Shown here piece by piece: positions 15,001 through 25,809 of a DNA stretch of 34,677 nt (within the stretch, counting starts at the first letter, position 1; each line of letters opens with the position of its first letter). The stretch spans positions 1 to 34,677 of the forward strand of contig NW_024705557.1 in NCBI RefSeq assembly GCF_018977255.1. Reading direction: 5' to 3'. This stretch comes from Callorhinchus milii. Taxonomy: Eukaryota. Below the pieces are notes generated by a model, which ran no database searches, was not told the origin of the DNA, and worked only from the letters and a program-made list of their open reading frames with translations. Made by a program: the position numbers and the translations under genes.

Positions 15001-18000
15001 CGTCAAAGGGTGCCAAAAACTCTCCTATTAACGAGGCACGGGAGAGATCAAGCACTGTATAAGGCCGGGGCATTTCGGACATTGGTGGGGTAGACTGTGG
15101 TTCTATGTGGACTTTCTGGTCGTTTGTGGAATTCCATTGTCCTGATAGTATAGTGTTGTTAACCTTTTGTTCCTTAGACGAGTGGCAGAGAAACCACTGG
15201 AGTCCAAACAAGCGCCGATCATATATCCCCATCAATCCCCATATCGGGGGTCCGTTGAACCCCTAAGGTGAATGATAGTGCACATTAGGGGTAATGTAAA
15301 GGACTGACACCTAACGCCCTTATTGATCCTGACAGATGGGTTCGCCTTTTTATCGGAGCGTACCGGATGGCGGCCAAGTAACGCTACTGACCACTAGGCA
15401 AGTGTTGCGCGGTGGTAGCTCCTCGGATCCCAACACGAGGGATTAGAAATATCTCAACAGCATAAAACCAGGGCTCGACGCTACCGTTCTATTTAACTAA
15501 TCGTATATAGTAGCTCACTGTCACAGCGCAAGGTGATGATCAAAATCGACATAGCCTGTTACGCTATCCTTAAAAGCTCGGACGTAATAATCGCTATTTC
15601 AGTAAAGGACTAACTTGTCCTGCAGGAACTCTCGAATGTATTAGGTTGCTTGTTAGTCTACGCTATTAACAGCTAGACACTATGAGATAGGCTACGCTAG
15701 GGACACGTGGAAGCCCTACACTCCAGAATCTGAGATGCCAAGGTAACCGCTTATACAGCAACAAGTCCAGCACGCTTATAATGATCGCATAGTTCGATGA
15801 ACAAAGTCAAGTGCGGCTTTAAAAGCTCTTAATGTCACTCATTGCCGCTCACATAAACGTGGATACCCGAATAGCCCTTTCTGCGAGTCAAATCGATTAT
15901 GTAACTTTAGCGCGTAATGCTGAGGTGCAGTACTAATATCTAGACTCCCTCCCAGCGTTGATAGGTCATTGTCGATATCAAATCTTTTCTTAACTCTGTG
16001 AGAGGCCATAAGGAGTATCTTGTGTATTTAATTGCGCCTAATGTGCCCCATGTACTAACGCTAATATAAATACCCGTTTTAGCTCCAGGGCCGTACTTAG
16101 TTTAATAATGCAGCGTATTGGACGCGGCCGTCCATGAGTCCCATGAGGCGATGTAGTGGAACCTGAGCTGGGGAAGTGTGTCACTCCAGTACAAATAGAG
16201 TTGTGATTCGTGGTAACTTTCGTCTTCGTATTATAGCGCATAGGTATCCGGCTGAAGTCGCAAACGATGGGTCGTCTATCTTCTATAGCTTTTAGTAGCT
16301 GCCGCGGCGGAGTCGGACGGTAGTCTTGCCTCCTTCTGTGTTTCGTCGATATTTCAGAGCAAACTTAGGCTACCGGCATATCCTTAGGGCCTGCTACTGT
16401 CTCCTTAATAATAAGGGCCTGAAGAGGTCTTATTAAAGTCTACACATTAAATTGATCATAACTCATTAACCGCGAATGAGGACTGTTTGGGTAGTTCCCC
16501 GCAATGGACCTCCTTGGGGAAGAGACAACAGCAGGCGCTTACACGACGGTTGGCTTAGTGTCAAGAAAAGCTCACTGGCGTTGACACCCACACATGTAGC
16601 TTTGATATCCATATCACCATTCCGTCACGTCAAAACGTGGGAAGTATTGGGGAAAAACCATAATGTGGTCCGATGATGAAGATATCTACAAGCTCCGCGA
16701 AACCCCACACGAACATGATCTGCGAACTATGAATTTACTGGGTCAGAAGGTTCTAGTGACAAAACTTTTGTGCCTGGACACAATATCCACTCGAGTGACC
16801 GTCTGTTCTCACTCAGATTTGATCAGAGTGCGGTACACTTGTGCATCTACTGGGATGTAGCTCGACATTAGACTTAATGACTACAGATTTGGTGTCGAGC
16901 TATAGGTTAAAAGCGTAATGAGCAAGACAGTTGGGGCCTTGGAGGTACGTGGAGGCGTATAAGAGGCATCAATTGTTAGAGACTTAACGCCTTGGAAAGG
17001 TCTCGTACAGGGCCGCGGGACGCATAAGGTGCCAAAGTGGGTAGTAATCCTCATCGGGACACTGTGTGAGAAGGGCCAAGTGCCTAACAAGGCTTGACAC
17101 TGGTTCTGAGACTCAAGCGGACCAGAGTGAAATACTCGCGTGACAAGATGATCGATCCATACCCCTCAGTATGAAATCATTTTATGTTTGCCACTCGAAA
17201 GAATACACTGTGTTGTAGTTGAGTACAGCCGATGGGTGCGGTTTGCCTATGGGCAACTGTTGTCACAGGCAAAGGGCAAGTCTCACTAACAAATAGTCAT
17301 ACCACTCGTTGTTACCCCGGGGCAAGGTCATGGGAGTACTGGAGGACGGTAAAGGAGACAATCCGGGCGTGAGAAGCCGCGTTAGGAGTCAATACCTCTT
17401 CACTCAGGGTCCCAACTGACTAGGAGAAGTACTCGAGCGCATCACCTTAGTATGCAAATAAGCTAACACCTAGGGTAACCTCGGTCTCGCGTGCGTGTGA
17501 AGTCTACCTGTCGGATGTAATCGTAAGGAGGTGTCATCACAACTAACTGACCGTTTCCTACTCGCCGATGTGGATGCGTAAGGGAATTAGTCTTATACAC
17601 GGGGACTACACGCCGGCCGGAGGGAGCGTTACAAGTGTGGCCCCAGATGGTGCGATTCCTCTGGCGGTTCGATCCGCCCCCGGCTCATTAGCAGTAGGTA
17701 GCAGACTGGACCGAGAGTATCATGCGTAAGGATAGTACAGAGAGTTCGGATGATGGGAGTATGTCACAAACGTGAGGTGGATCTAACATAGATGTAGAGC
17801 GATGGTAGTTAGGAAGCCCCAGTCAGGTCTTGAGTACCTTGATTTAACTTGGAAGAAGATCTGACAGATTAGTGGCGAAGTGGCTCAGACGAATTCACAA
17901 ACATTGCAGAGGTCGGAGGCCCCGGTACGCGAATTAAAGACTCAATTTTGCGTACGACGTTACGATTTTGGTGGACATTTTGTGTAAAAGCTAATGTTTA

Positions 18001-21000
18001 CGTGTCAACCTTACGTTGGGTCCGATTAGCTCCGCAACGTATTGGGTCTTGCTGGCGAATAAGTGTCGCCGTGTATATATATAGGTCCCTCTCTCTGTAT
18101 TTCCATTAAACAACACTTGTCATCTCCATCTGGCTGCAGTAACTAAGGCCGTCTCCTCTGCACCCAGCCTAAGTTGCTTATGCTACGTTGGTGTCACTAC
18201 CTCGTACTCTAGTCCTTCGCGCTGATTTAACGCGTCTGGTGCTTGAAGCTCGAGTAGGAGATGGATTTAGACCAGCGTTACACTCTATTCAAGCGCCATA
18301 GGTCGAAGTTGGTAGGGGACGGATTCAACGATGTGGACCCGCAAAGGGTAAACCGAGTCCACGTAACAGTAAAGGCATGAGTATTTAACACTAGCGGAGA
18401 CGAGCGCAGGCTGATAAATGATACAAATGGTGTGGTTTCGCCTCACAAGCCAGTCTTTTGCGGTGCACGCGGCATCAGAGTGATGGAGTTCTTAGTGCTA
18501 TTTCTGATCGCGTGCAGAAACGAACTGCCGAGATGGCAAACATCCACTAAGATGACATGTGGTTCTCAGCACAATTCGGTTATTCGACTTCGGCTGACGT
18601 CATCTGCCGACCCTTTAGGTGCAATGGAAAGTGTGCAGATTTCTATTTGTCTAGCTGCCATGCCCACGTGTATTACGTCTACAATTTTTTACGGAACCCA
18701 ACCCACCACTAAGGTGACTAAAGTCGTTAACCCAATACCAAACTCAAATTGCATCTAATTCAACGCCGTTCGACGGGTTAATATGACCTGGTAGGTTTGA
18801 GAACAGATCCCCAACATGGCCAGTGTAGACAACCTTCAAAGGTTCCTAGCCGCTAACGTTAAAGATCAACTAGTAATTTTGCGGTATCGCTCACAATCTA
18901 GTGCCTTCTGTACGGGTCACACGTATAATTCAGGGGTAGATTTGACCGGGTGTAGTAGGAGTTGAGAGTAGGCGTTATGTTAAGCGCTTCTCCTCCTGTA
19001 AATCTCTCATAGACCCAGAATGAATGAGTCAGTGGGCGCGATTCCTTTTGGCCGGACTGACCACCGAGCGGCGTCTCCTCGCGGCGGCGACTACCTAATT
19101 CCAGGGTAATACGATCGGCAGGCGTGCACGATTAATTTACAGGCGACAGGTTAAGGGTCCCCAGGCCACACTTTGCTGAGGGTCCTTTCCCAACTTTTTC
19201 TAGGTTTCTTTATAATTATTGAGTAACTCCGGTAACTGCACGGTCCGTAGGACCGGCGATTAAACGATCGTCCACGTGGCTGGTCTCCGGCACCTGTTCG
19301 ATTATCGGGATCTAGGATGGTTACTATTCATTTCCGTAACCGAGGGCAACGCGGGTCCCTTGGCCTCGGTCGCAGAGTATTGCAAAAACTTAATTACGAA
19401 GACCTACCGGAGCGCAGTAAATGCACCTTAATATCACGCGGGTGGGAAGTTTAGGGTCCTTTCGGATCAGGGGTGAAGACGTCAAATGTAACCAGTCGGA
19501 CACACTTAGAGTTAAAGGTTCGGCCAGATTAAGGCCTAGATTCAGCCCTCCTCGTCTGGGCTTTTACAGTAATAAGCTAAAGCAGTGACAGCAAGGGCTA
19601 AATCTCTAAAGGTTTAAGCTGTTGATTATCAGTAGTATCTGGAGGACTTCGTCCTTGACATTTAAATGTGGAAGCACGCGAAGTTCTATAAATACCCGGT
19701 TCTGATGCGATAAAACCTAGCATTATATGGACATCGTTCAGACACCGTGAACTGATACTACTGGTTTCGAAATCCTTAGTAATCTCGACTAAACTGGAAG
19801 CCGTATGAAACGCACAATTCTGAGGAACGCTACTCAACGTTCACCGAAGCATCATAAATTGAACTTGTGCACTGTAAGCGATTTGTCTCCTCGCCAATCC
19901 TACGCGAGAAATTTGGGATGAAAAATTACGGCCACCCGCCGTAACGACTGTGTTAGGCGCATTGGACAACCTGGTCCTGACATAGATACGCAATTTTTGT
20001 CAGCCCTAACTAGAAGACAGAAATGTAAGTTCTTAATGGCCTCGGTACCCACATCGATGAGATCTGGCGCTTTACAGCCGCCTCTGGTGTGAGAAAGAAT
20101 TCCTTCGCGTCGTTCGAGAGATTCGCACTACAACATGGAAGGCTGAGGAATTCGGCAAACGACACCGAGGTCGGGAATTGCTCTGAGTGACAGATTGGTG
20201 AAATAACTCCTCAAGGATTTATATTATTATCCAGGTGCCTATACATTACTATCGATACTCAGTTTGTGTTACTTTGCAAGTAGACTGGTTCTACGTTCCA
20301 TGGCAACACGGGGTGTGCAAGGTCTTCCTGCAGAGATTCCGCCACTACTACGCCTGCACCATAAAGGAGCACCGCAGATTCGTCAATACGATAAATGAGA
20401 CGCGACTTGAACGCGAGCGTCTCGAAACTATTCGTCCGTGCTGTAACCCTTGTATTTACAGGGCGGAATAAGGCTTATGCTTCAGCACGTTAACAGGACC
20501 TAGATATCTATGGATGCAGGCCAGCGCCCCTCTTGGGCTGCATTCTACGTAGTAGGACATTCTCGGATAGTCTTGATGGTCACAGCACGAGGGTAAATTC
20601 CATCTTGACTTGGTGTAATTCTCAGAAATATTCCCGATTCTGGTCAGTTTAAGCATATCTCTCTCCTTATTCCACGGTCGGCTGGATACAAGACCCTCTT
20701 GCGTTAAAAAGGGACGATGATTTTTTTTATCTACGTGGGCGGTGACATGGCCGGGCATAGCTTCACGAATTTCAGCCAAGCGAACAGGTCGAAAACTTAA
20801 TCTTTTCACTCGAAATTGGGGGGTATATACCCCGCGTCTGGTGAATATGAGCACGTTATACTATATCTCCCAGAACGTGTAGGATCAGTACGGTCTGTAC
20901 CTGGGGAGTGAACAGGCCCGTTCCTGATTAAGGCATTATTTCCATACTAAGTCCGACTCTGTACACCCTAGGATAGACGTGCTAATGAAGCGCTTAAGAA

Positions 21001-21090
21001 TCACCACTCGAGCTAAAGAAAGCTCTACGAACAAGCAGTGATGACCTCATAAGTTCACTTTATATTCACCCAGAAGGCGAAATACCCCAA
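1..21090. other. Random-like, apparently non-biological sequence (possible gap fill or shuffled DNA); right boundary approximate (about 21,060-21,110)
   Basis: No ORF over 132 aa and no recognisable protein motif in the ORF track. CpG, TpA and CTAG are common. I saw no microsatellites, poly-A tracts or TE fragments in 21 kb, unlike the right-hand 13.5 kb. Judged by eye, not computed. Confidence 0.85.
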
Positions 21091-21108
21091 TGAGCGTGTC
21101 TCCGCACC

Positions 21109-22820
21109 CAATACCGTGCTGGGCTTGAACACCTGATGGAACTTCTCGCGGCGCATCCCAACCACCTCCGAATGCGCATGCCTCCTGGGGTCGGGACGTT
21201 GCAGGCCTCCGAGTGAAATGTCCGTTCCGGTCTTGGCGGCCGCCGCTGACGCAACGTCGATGACGGATTCAATTGCACAAGAGGGAAAAGATTCCCTCTT
21301 GGGGTTGACTGTTGCTGAATGGGGGCGCCTCCAGATGGAGAATACCTCCCTCCTCGCGTTGCGTCGTCGCGTCAGAAGTGCTGGGCGGGGGAGGGCTGAT
21401 GTCGACTCATGGGAGATGGTCCAGGGTCTGTTAATGCATTGGGACGGGAAATCCCATCAACACCGGCTGGTGGTCCTTTCTGGGTTGCGGGGTAAGGTGG
21501 TGTGGGCCGCTCATGAGCGCCTCCTCCACCTGGGGACTCAAAAAACCCTCGCCATGCTCCAGCTAGATTTTTTTTGGCCGGGCATGACAAGGGATGTCGG
21601 GGATCTGTTGGGATCATGTCCTCGGTGTGCGCAACGTAAACCACCAGCACGGGAGTCTAACCCGCCTTTGCAATCCATCAAGGTTTCCAGGGTCAACGAG
21701 CTTGTCGCGCTTGATATTCTGGGCCCATTCCCCGCTACCCCCAGGGGCAACAGATACCTATTGACCGGGGTGGAATATTTTACGCGCTGGCCTATGGCCT
21801 GGCCCCTTGCCAACCAGTCGGCAGCAGCCATCGCGGAGGCCTTTGTCCAGGGATACGTCCTGGACAAAGGTGCTCCGGAGCGGCTGCTGACCGACCAGGG
21901 CAAAATTTTTTCTGGTAAACTTCTCCAAGAAGTCTGTGAGCTCCTGGGCACAAAAAAATTCGTACCCCCCCATATCATCCGCAAACTGACGGGATGGTCG
22001 AGCGTCTGCATCGAACCATCACGTCGATGCTGTCCCAACAGGTCTCGGACTCACAGACCGATTGGGACCTTCAAATTCAAGGGGTCTTGGCAGCATATAG
22101 AATGGCTCCCCATGCGGCAATGGGATTTTCACCCTTCTTCTTGATGTACGGCCGCGAACCTGACCCGCCTGTTCAGACCCAGCTGCAGATCTCCGCGCCG
22201 CGGGGTAAAACTAAATTGGCCGACCACGTTAAATTCAATATTGCTAAATTAACAGAGGCACGGGAGGCTGCTATGCAAAATTCCGACCTCCGCCAGAAGG
22301 CTAACGAGAGGCTCAGGCTGGGTCGGGCGCACGTACTGCAGTGGAAACCGGGTGACAAGGCATGGTTACACTGTCCACAGGTACCGCTTGCAACCTCCTC
22401 TAAACTGGTGCGGCCGTGGGGGGCCCTGTGGAGGTGGTTCAGGTTTTGCGGCCTCAGTGTGTATGCATCAAATGGGGGAAGCGGCGGTGGTTTGTGCACC
22501 CCTCCAGATTGAAACCGTTCGTTGCGGTCCGAGTTCCCACTTCACACACGCGTGGCCAGACATGTGGGGGGTCAACCGACTCACAGGGTCCGTCTCCGCT
22601 GCTCTCACCTAACGTGCTGCCGGCTGTCCCGCCCCCAGGTGCACCGGGAGTGACGGGCTCACGCCCGACAACCCCTCCTGGGGATGCCGAGGGTCACGCG
22701 GCAACGGAAAGTGACTCACTCGGACACGGACGGTTGCCACCCAACAGTCCGCCATCCGGGGCTGCCCCGTGTGACGGGCCTGCTGCAAGAACACGCGCGA
22801 AAATGCGCAGACTTTTGTGA
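21109..22820 (+). pseudogene. Gypsy pol C-terminus / integrase, split by two -1 frameshifts (possibly sequencing errors)
   Basis: HHCC zinc-binding region (AAHERLLHLG...FFWPGM...CPRC), catalytic core (VALDILGP, LLTDQG, then after the shift KIRTPPYHPQTDGMVERLHRT), AYR..PH..GFSPFFLMYGREP and a GPY/F-like RPW.GPVEV. Frameshifts lie in an A run (about 21952-21958) and a G run (about 22418-22423). Stop TGA ends at 22820. Confidence 0.93.
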
Positions 22821-22827
22821 TGCCGGA

Positions 22828-22946
22828 GGATTGTACATATGTTGTGTTCACTGTGTGTTGTGTGTGTGGTGTGGTTTCCTGCAAATTGGATTGTATATAT
22901 GTTGTGTTCATTGTGTGTTGTGTGTGTGGTGTGGTTTCCTGCAAAT
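22828..22946 (+). repeat. Two-copy 60-bp GT-rich tandem repeat in the Gypsy 3' UTR
   Basis: ggattgtaYatatgttgtgttcaYtgtgtgttgtgtgtgtggtgtggtttcctgcaaat at 22828 and 22888, with 2 substitutions. Confidence 0.95.
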
Positions 22947-23143
22947 CGTATATGGGGTGCTCTTACGGAATTCGTATTTATTCGGGGGGGGGTGCGTCGG
23001 GTTATTTCTCTTCTTGCTGTTGTGGTTCTTGTTGGTGTTCTTGTTGCTGTTATTGTTGAAAAAATTGTGAGGCACACGCGGGTTCAAGGGGTAAATACAC
23101 TTTTATTGTTGGTTGTTGCAGCCGGGACGGCTGCGAGCTGTAC

Positions 23144-23155
23144 AGGGGGGGGTGA
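23144..23155 (+). promoter_or_regulatory. Polypurine tract (plus-strand primer) of the Gypsy element
   Basis: aggggggggtga lies immediately before TGTAG, the LTR start. Confidence 0.85.
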
Positions 23156-23721
23156 TGTAGGGGTGTTACGGAGGAGCTGTTATACAATGGGATCAGATGG
23201 GAAAGAAACACAGTGGGCGTGGCTATGTCGGTGCACGGGAAGGTGCTCCCAGCGACGTCCGCATCGGGCAGCCTGGGGGGCTGACTCGGAGCGGGGGTTT
23301 TGGTATAAAAGGGGATGAGCCGGAGGGCTCAGGGAGAGATGTTGAAGCTAACCAGTGAAGACCGAAGATCGTCATAGATAGAGCCCTGGACTCCCCTGGA
23401 TCGCCGCCCTTATCAGGGCCGAACAGGATCGAGCCAGTGGCGTGGTCCCGAGAGCCAGAGCCGGTGCTCTTGTAAGAGCTGGTCTGGGACTCCGGGTACC
23501 GTGTGCCCGACTTACCAGTGTCGGGCAAGCTAGCCTCCCCTAGCCCGTTAGTGGAGGACCCAGGGGTAGGCTAGGCGTAGCTAGAGAGTGTATCCCCAGT
23601 TAGACGGGTGAGGGGGCCGATACCCCCTCCAGTGTTGTATGTCAGTGCTGTACTGTACCGACACAAAATATATACGTGTGCCTCCAACCCCGGTGTCAAG
23701 GTCTCCTGGAACACTATTACA
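23156..23721 (+). repeat. Gypsy 3' LTR (566 bp)
   Basis: Starts TGTAGGGGTGTT directly after the PPT and ends AACACTATTACA (9/12 terminal inverted match). TATAAAA at 23304-23310. Tc1 sequence starts at the next base. Confidence 0.88.
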
Positions 23722-23788
23722 CAGGTAACAAGCTGAGATTAGGAGCACTCCCTTTAAGAGTGTGCTCCTAATCTCAGCTCGTTACCTG
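23722..23788. repeat. 27-bp-arm inverted repeat (hairpin) inside the Tc1 end
   Basis: caggtaacaagctgagattaggagcac (23722-23748) versus gtgctcctaatctcagctcgttacctg (23762-23788): 26/27 complementary, 13-nt spacer. Confidence 0.95.
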
Positions 23789-24029
23789 TATAAAAAACAC
23801 CTGGGAGCCAGAAATCTTTCTGATTGAGAGGGGGGTCAAATACTTATTTCCCTCATTAAAATGCAAATCAATTTATACAAATTTTGACATACGTTTTTCT
23901 GGATTTTGTTGTTATTCTGTCTCTCACTGTTCAAATAAACCTACTCTTAAAACTATAGACTGATGATTTCTTTGTCAGTGGGCAAACGTACAAAATCAGC
24001 AGGGGATCAAATACTTTTTTCCCTCACTG
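23722..24029 (-). mobile_element. Tc1/mariner IR/DR-type transposon end (about 200-bp terminal repeat plus adjacent internal hairpin), probably the 5' end
   Basis: Minus-strand terminus CAGTGAGGGAAAAAAGTATTTGATCCCC flanked by TA (24030-24031). Inner and outer direct repeats gggggtcaaatacttatttccctca (23831-23855) and ggggatcaaatacttttttccctca (24002-24026). The 5'-end assignment relies on my recollection of fish Tc1 sequences. Confidence 0.88.
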
Positions 24030-24475
24030 TACATGACATCATAACAACAGTCAGGACCACTGAATGGGTTCCGCAGGATTGGAAGGATGCCCTGGTGGTT
24101 CCCCTCTTTAAGAAGGGGGTCCGCACAGACTGTAACAACTACAGGGGCATCTCACTCCTCAGTGTGCCAGGGAAGGTCCTGGCAAGGATTATTCAACATC
24201 GCCTTGCTAGGCACGCCGAGGAGAGGCTTGCAGAGCACCAATGCGGTTTCAGGAAAGGGCGGTCCTGCACAGATGCCATATTATCTGTCAGTCTGCTACA
24301 GCAGAGGTGTAGGTAATTCCAACAAGACCTACATCTCTGCTTTATTGACCTGGTCAAGGCCTATGATACCATCAGTAGGCCTGGGCTCTGGGTTGTTTTT
24401 CGTGATTTCGGAGTCCCTAACCCTCTGCTCACGATCATTAAGGACCTTCATGATGGTGAGCGGGCCCGGGTAAAA
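24030..24475 (+). mobile_element. RTE-clade non-LTR retrotransposon reverse transcriptase fragment (inactive)
   Basis: VPQDWKDALVVPLFKKG..DCNNYRGISLLSVPGKVLARI...QCGFRKGRSCTDAI, an in-frame TAA at 24314-24316, then FQQDLHLCFIDLVKAYDTI..GLW...FGVP..L..II..LH in the same frame. Confidence 0.92.
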
Positions 24476-24513
24476 CTAGAAGAATCACAGCTGTGTTCGT
24501 TAGTTTCTGAAAA

Positions 24514-24725
24514 CGCTTGTCCTGGTGAGGGTCGTGGTGGCAGCATGCTGAGTAGGGTGGTCCAGGTCTTCCTTTCCCTGGTGACAGACTCTAGCTCATC
24601 CTGGGGAATTCCAAAGTGTTCCCAGGCCAGCCCAGCGACATAGTCTTGGGCAAGCCCCGGGGTCTTCGCCCAGTGGGACGTGTCTGGTAGAGTTCCAGGG
24701 GGAGTCTATTGGGGGGCATTCTTAT
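24514..24725 (-). mobile_element. Rex3/Expander-like (RTE clade) LINE, C-terminal coding fragment
   Basis: The minus strand translates as IRMPPNRLPLELYQTRPTGRRPRGLPK, then after a small deletion DYVAGLAWEHFGIPQDELESVTRERKTWTTLLSMLPPRPSPG. This matches the Rex3/Expander C-terminus as I recall it. Confidence 0.8.
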
Positions 24726-24926
24726 ATTCTATATTGATATCACCCATAGAGCCAGGCCCAGGGGTTGTGTTCACAAAACAAGCGCCTCGTGGCTGTGTGA
24801 CCCAAGCAACTCAGTCAGGCCAACTCGAATTAGCCAAGTGGTGCCATCCTGTGTGTCGAACATCCACAGGATGAAGGGTGAGGGACGGGTGCGATGCCAG
24901 TATGGCAGGGAGAGGGATGGTCTCAG

Positions 24927-25159
24927 ATGGACTAGACATTGGCGATAGACACTCAAAGCTTTGTTCGGAGCAAAAGTCCAGGCACCTTCCACACAGTGTT
25001 ACAGTCTAATGAAATAATGCTGCTCAACTAATTTTATATGAGACTTTGGCTGCCAAACCAGAGCTGGTCGTGAACACATTAACCAGGTATGGGAGCTCCT
25101 CCACCACTTGTAGAGTTGAGCAGGTGCAGTGTTGTACGACATGAAATTCCCAGGCAGGT
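24927..25159 (+). repeat. Unclassified dispersed repeat X, copy 1 (copy 2 at 34342-34592)
   Basis: Shared blocks atggactagac, aaaagtccaggca, agtgttacag, tgaacacattaaccaggtat, ggagctcctccaccac, tgagcaggtgcagtgttgta and aaattcccagg occur in the same order. Confidence 0.92.
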
Positions 25160-25259
25160 CATTTATTTTTGTGGAACATTTGCAAAGCCCCATTTCATGA
25201 TGGAATTATCAAGGCACAGAACAAGATTCCCTAATTCCATCTCACTGAGTAGCGATCTT

Positions 25260-25809
25260 TTAACTATAACCAGGCATTGATTAGCGTATCATTGTAACCG
25301 CAACAAATGCAATGGTTTGTATATGACTTTTGGGAGCTTCTCAAACTACATAGTTATTGAATATGCTATGTAATGTAATGCATGGGGCCAGAGTGAATTT
25401 CTGTCACAAGCCATGTTGAACAGGAAATGGCTCGGAATCCTGGTCACGCAGCGTTAGACCATCTTGCCCAAAATCAAACAAATCCTCAAATGTGAGCAGA
25501 GGCATAGATATGAATACAAATAACAACCCAAATCCCCAAGCCTCTTAATAGTACTATAGGCCTTAATTTAATTAAGAATGCAGAGATTTAGTTTATGTTG
25601 AAAATTCGTAAGCCTCTGCTGTAGTCAATAGACAGAAAATACAGCAGCCCCTAGGTTACCATGGATGTTACATTCTTGGAAATTGCCACTCGAAAGCTAA
25701 AAGCGCGACATTCAATACTTAAGCCTTACCTAAGTAATGGCGTTAAGTAAACGTCAACTAAATTTAAGTATTGTACTGTATTCCAAATAAATTATACAAT
25801 TGAAATAAA
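25260..25809 (+). repeat. Unclassified dispersed repeat Y, copy A (copy B at 28850-29730)
   Basis: Colinear blocks ttaactataaccag, ctcaaactacata, gtgaatttctgtcacaagcc, gttgaacaggaaatgg, gacagaaaatacagc, ttcaatacttaagccttacc, gtaaacgtcaactaaa and caattgaaataaa. Confidence 0.93.

Larger units (their letters stand above)
21100..23721 (+). mobile_element. Ty3/Gypsy LTR retrotransposon, 3' portion (end of RNase H region, integrase, 3' UTR, PPT, 3' LTR)
   Basis: A degraded QYRAGLEH..ADG.SR motif near 21109-21151 precedes the integrase, which is the RH-then-IN order of Gypsy. A G-rich PPT and a TG...CA LTR follow. Confidence 0.93.

Noticed and set aside
22..20854. Dozens of 60-132 aa ORFs on both strands
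   Set aside because: Their lengths and number look like chance ORFs. They show no motifs or operon layout, and many start at GTG/TTG.
21950..21960. Programmed -1 ribosomal frameshift at the A-run in integrase
   Set aside because: It falls inside the catalytic core rather than at a gag-pol junction, and similar homopolymer deletions recur elsewhere in the window.
22609..23318. Cys/Val-rich or hydrophobic ORFs after integrase (possible env-like or metallothionein-like gene)
   Set aside because: They arise from GT-rich low-complexity UTR and the 60-bp repeat. They are open in several frames and one runs through the PPT into the LTR.
23963..24029. N-terminus MISLSVGKRTKSAGDQILFSLT of the 117-aa RT ORF
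   Set aside because: It is read-through from the Tc1 terminal repeat and is not part of the LINE protein.
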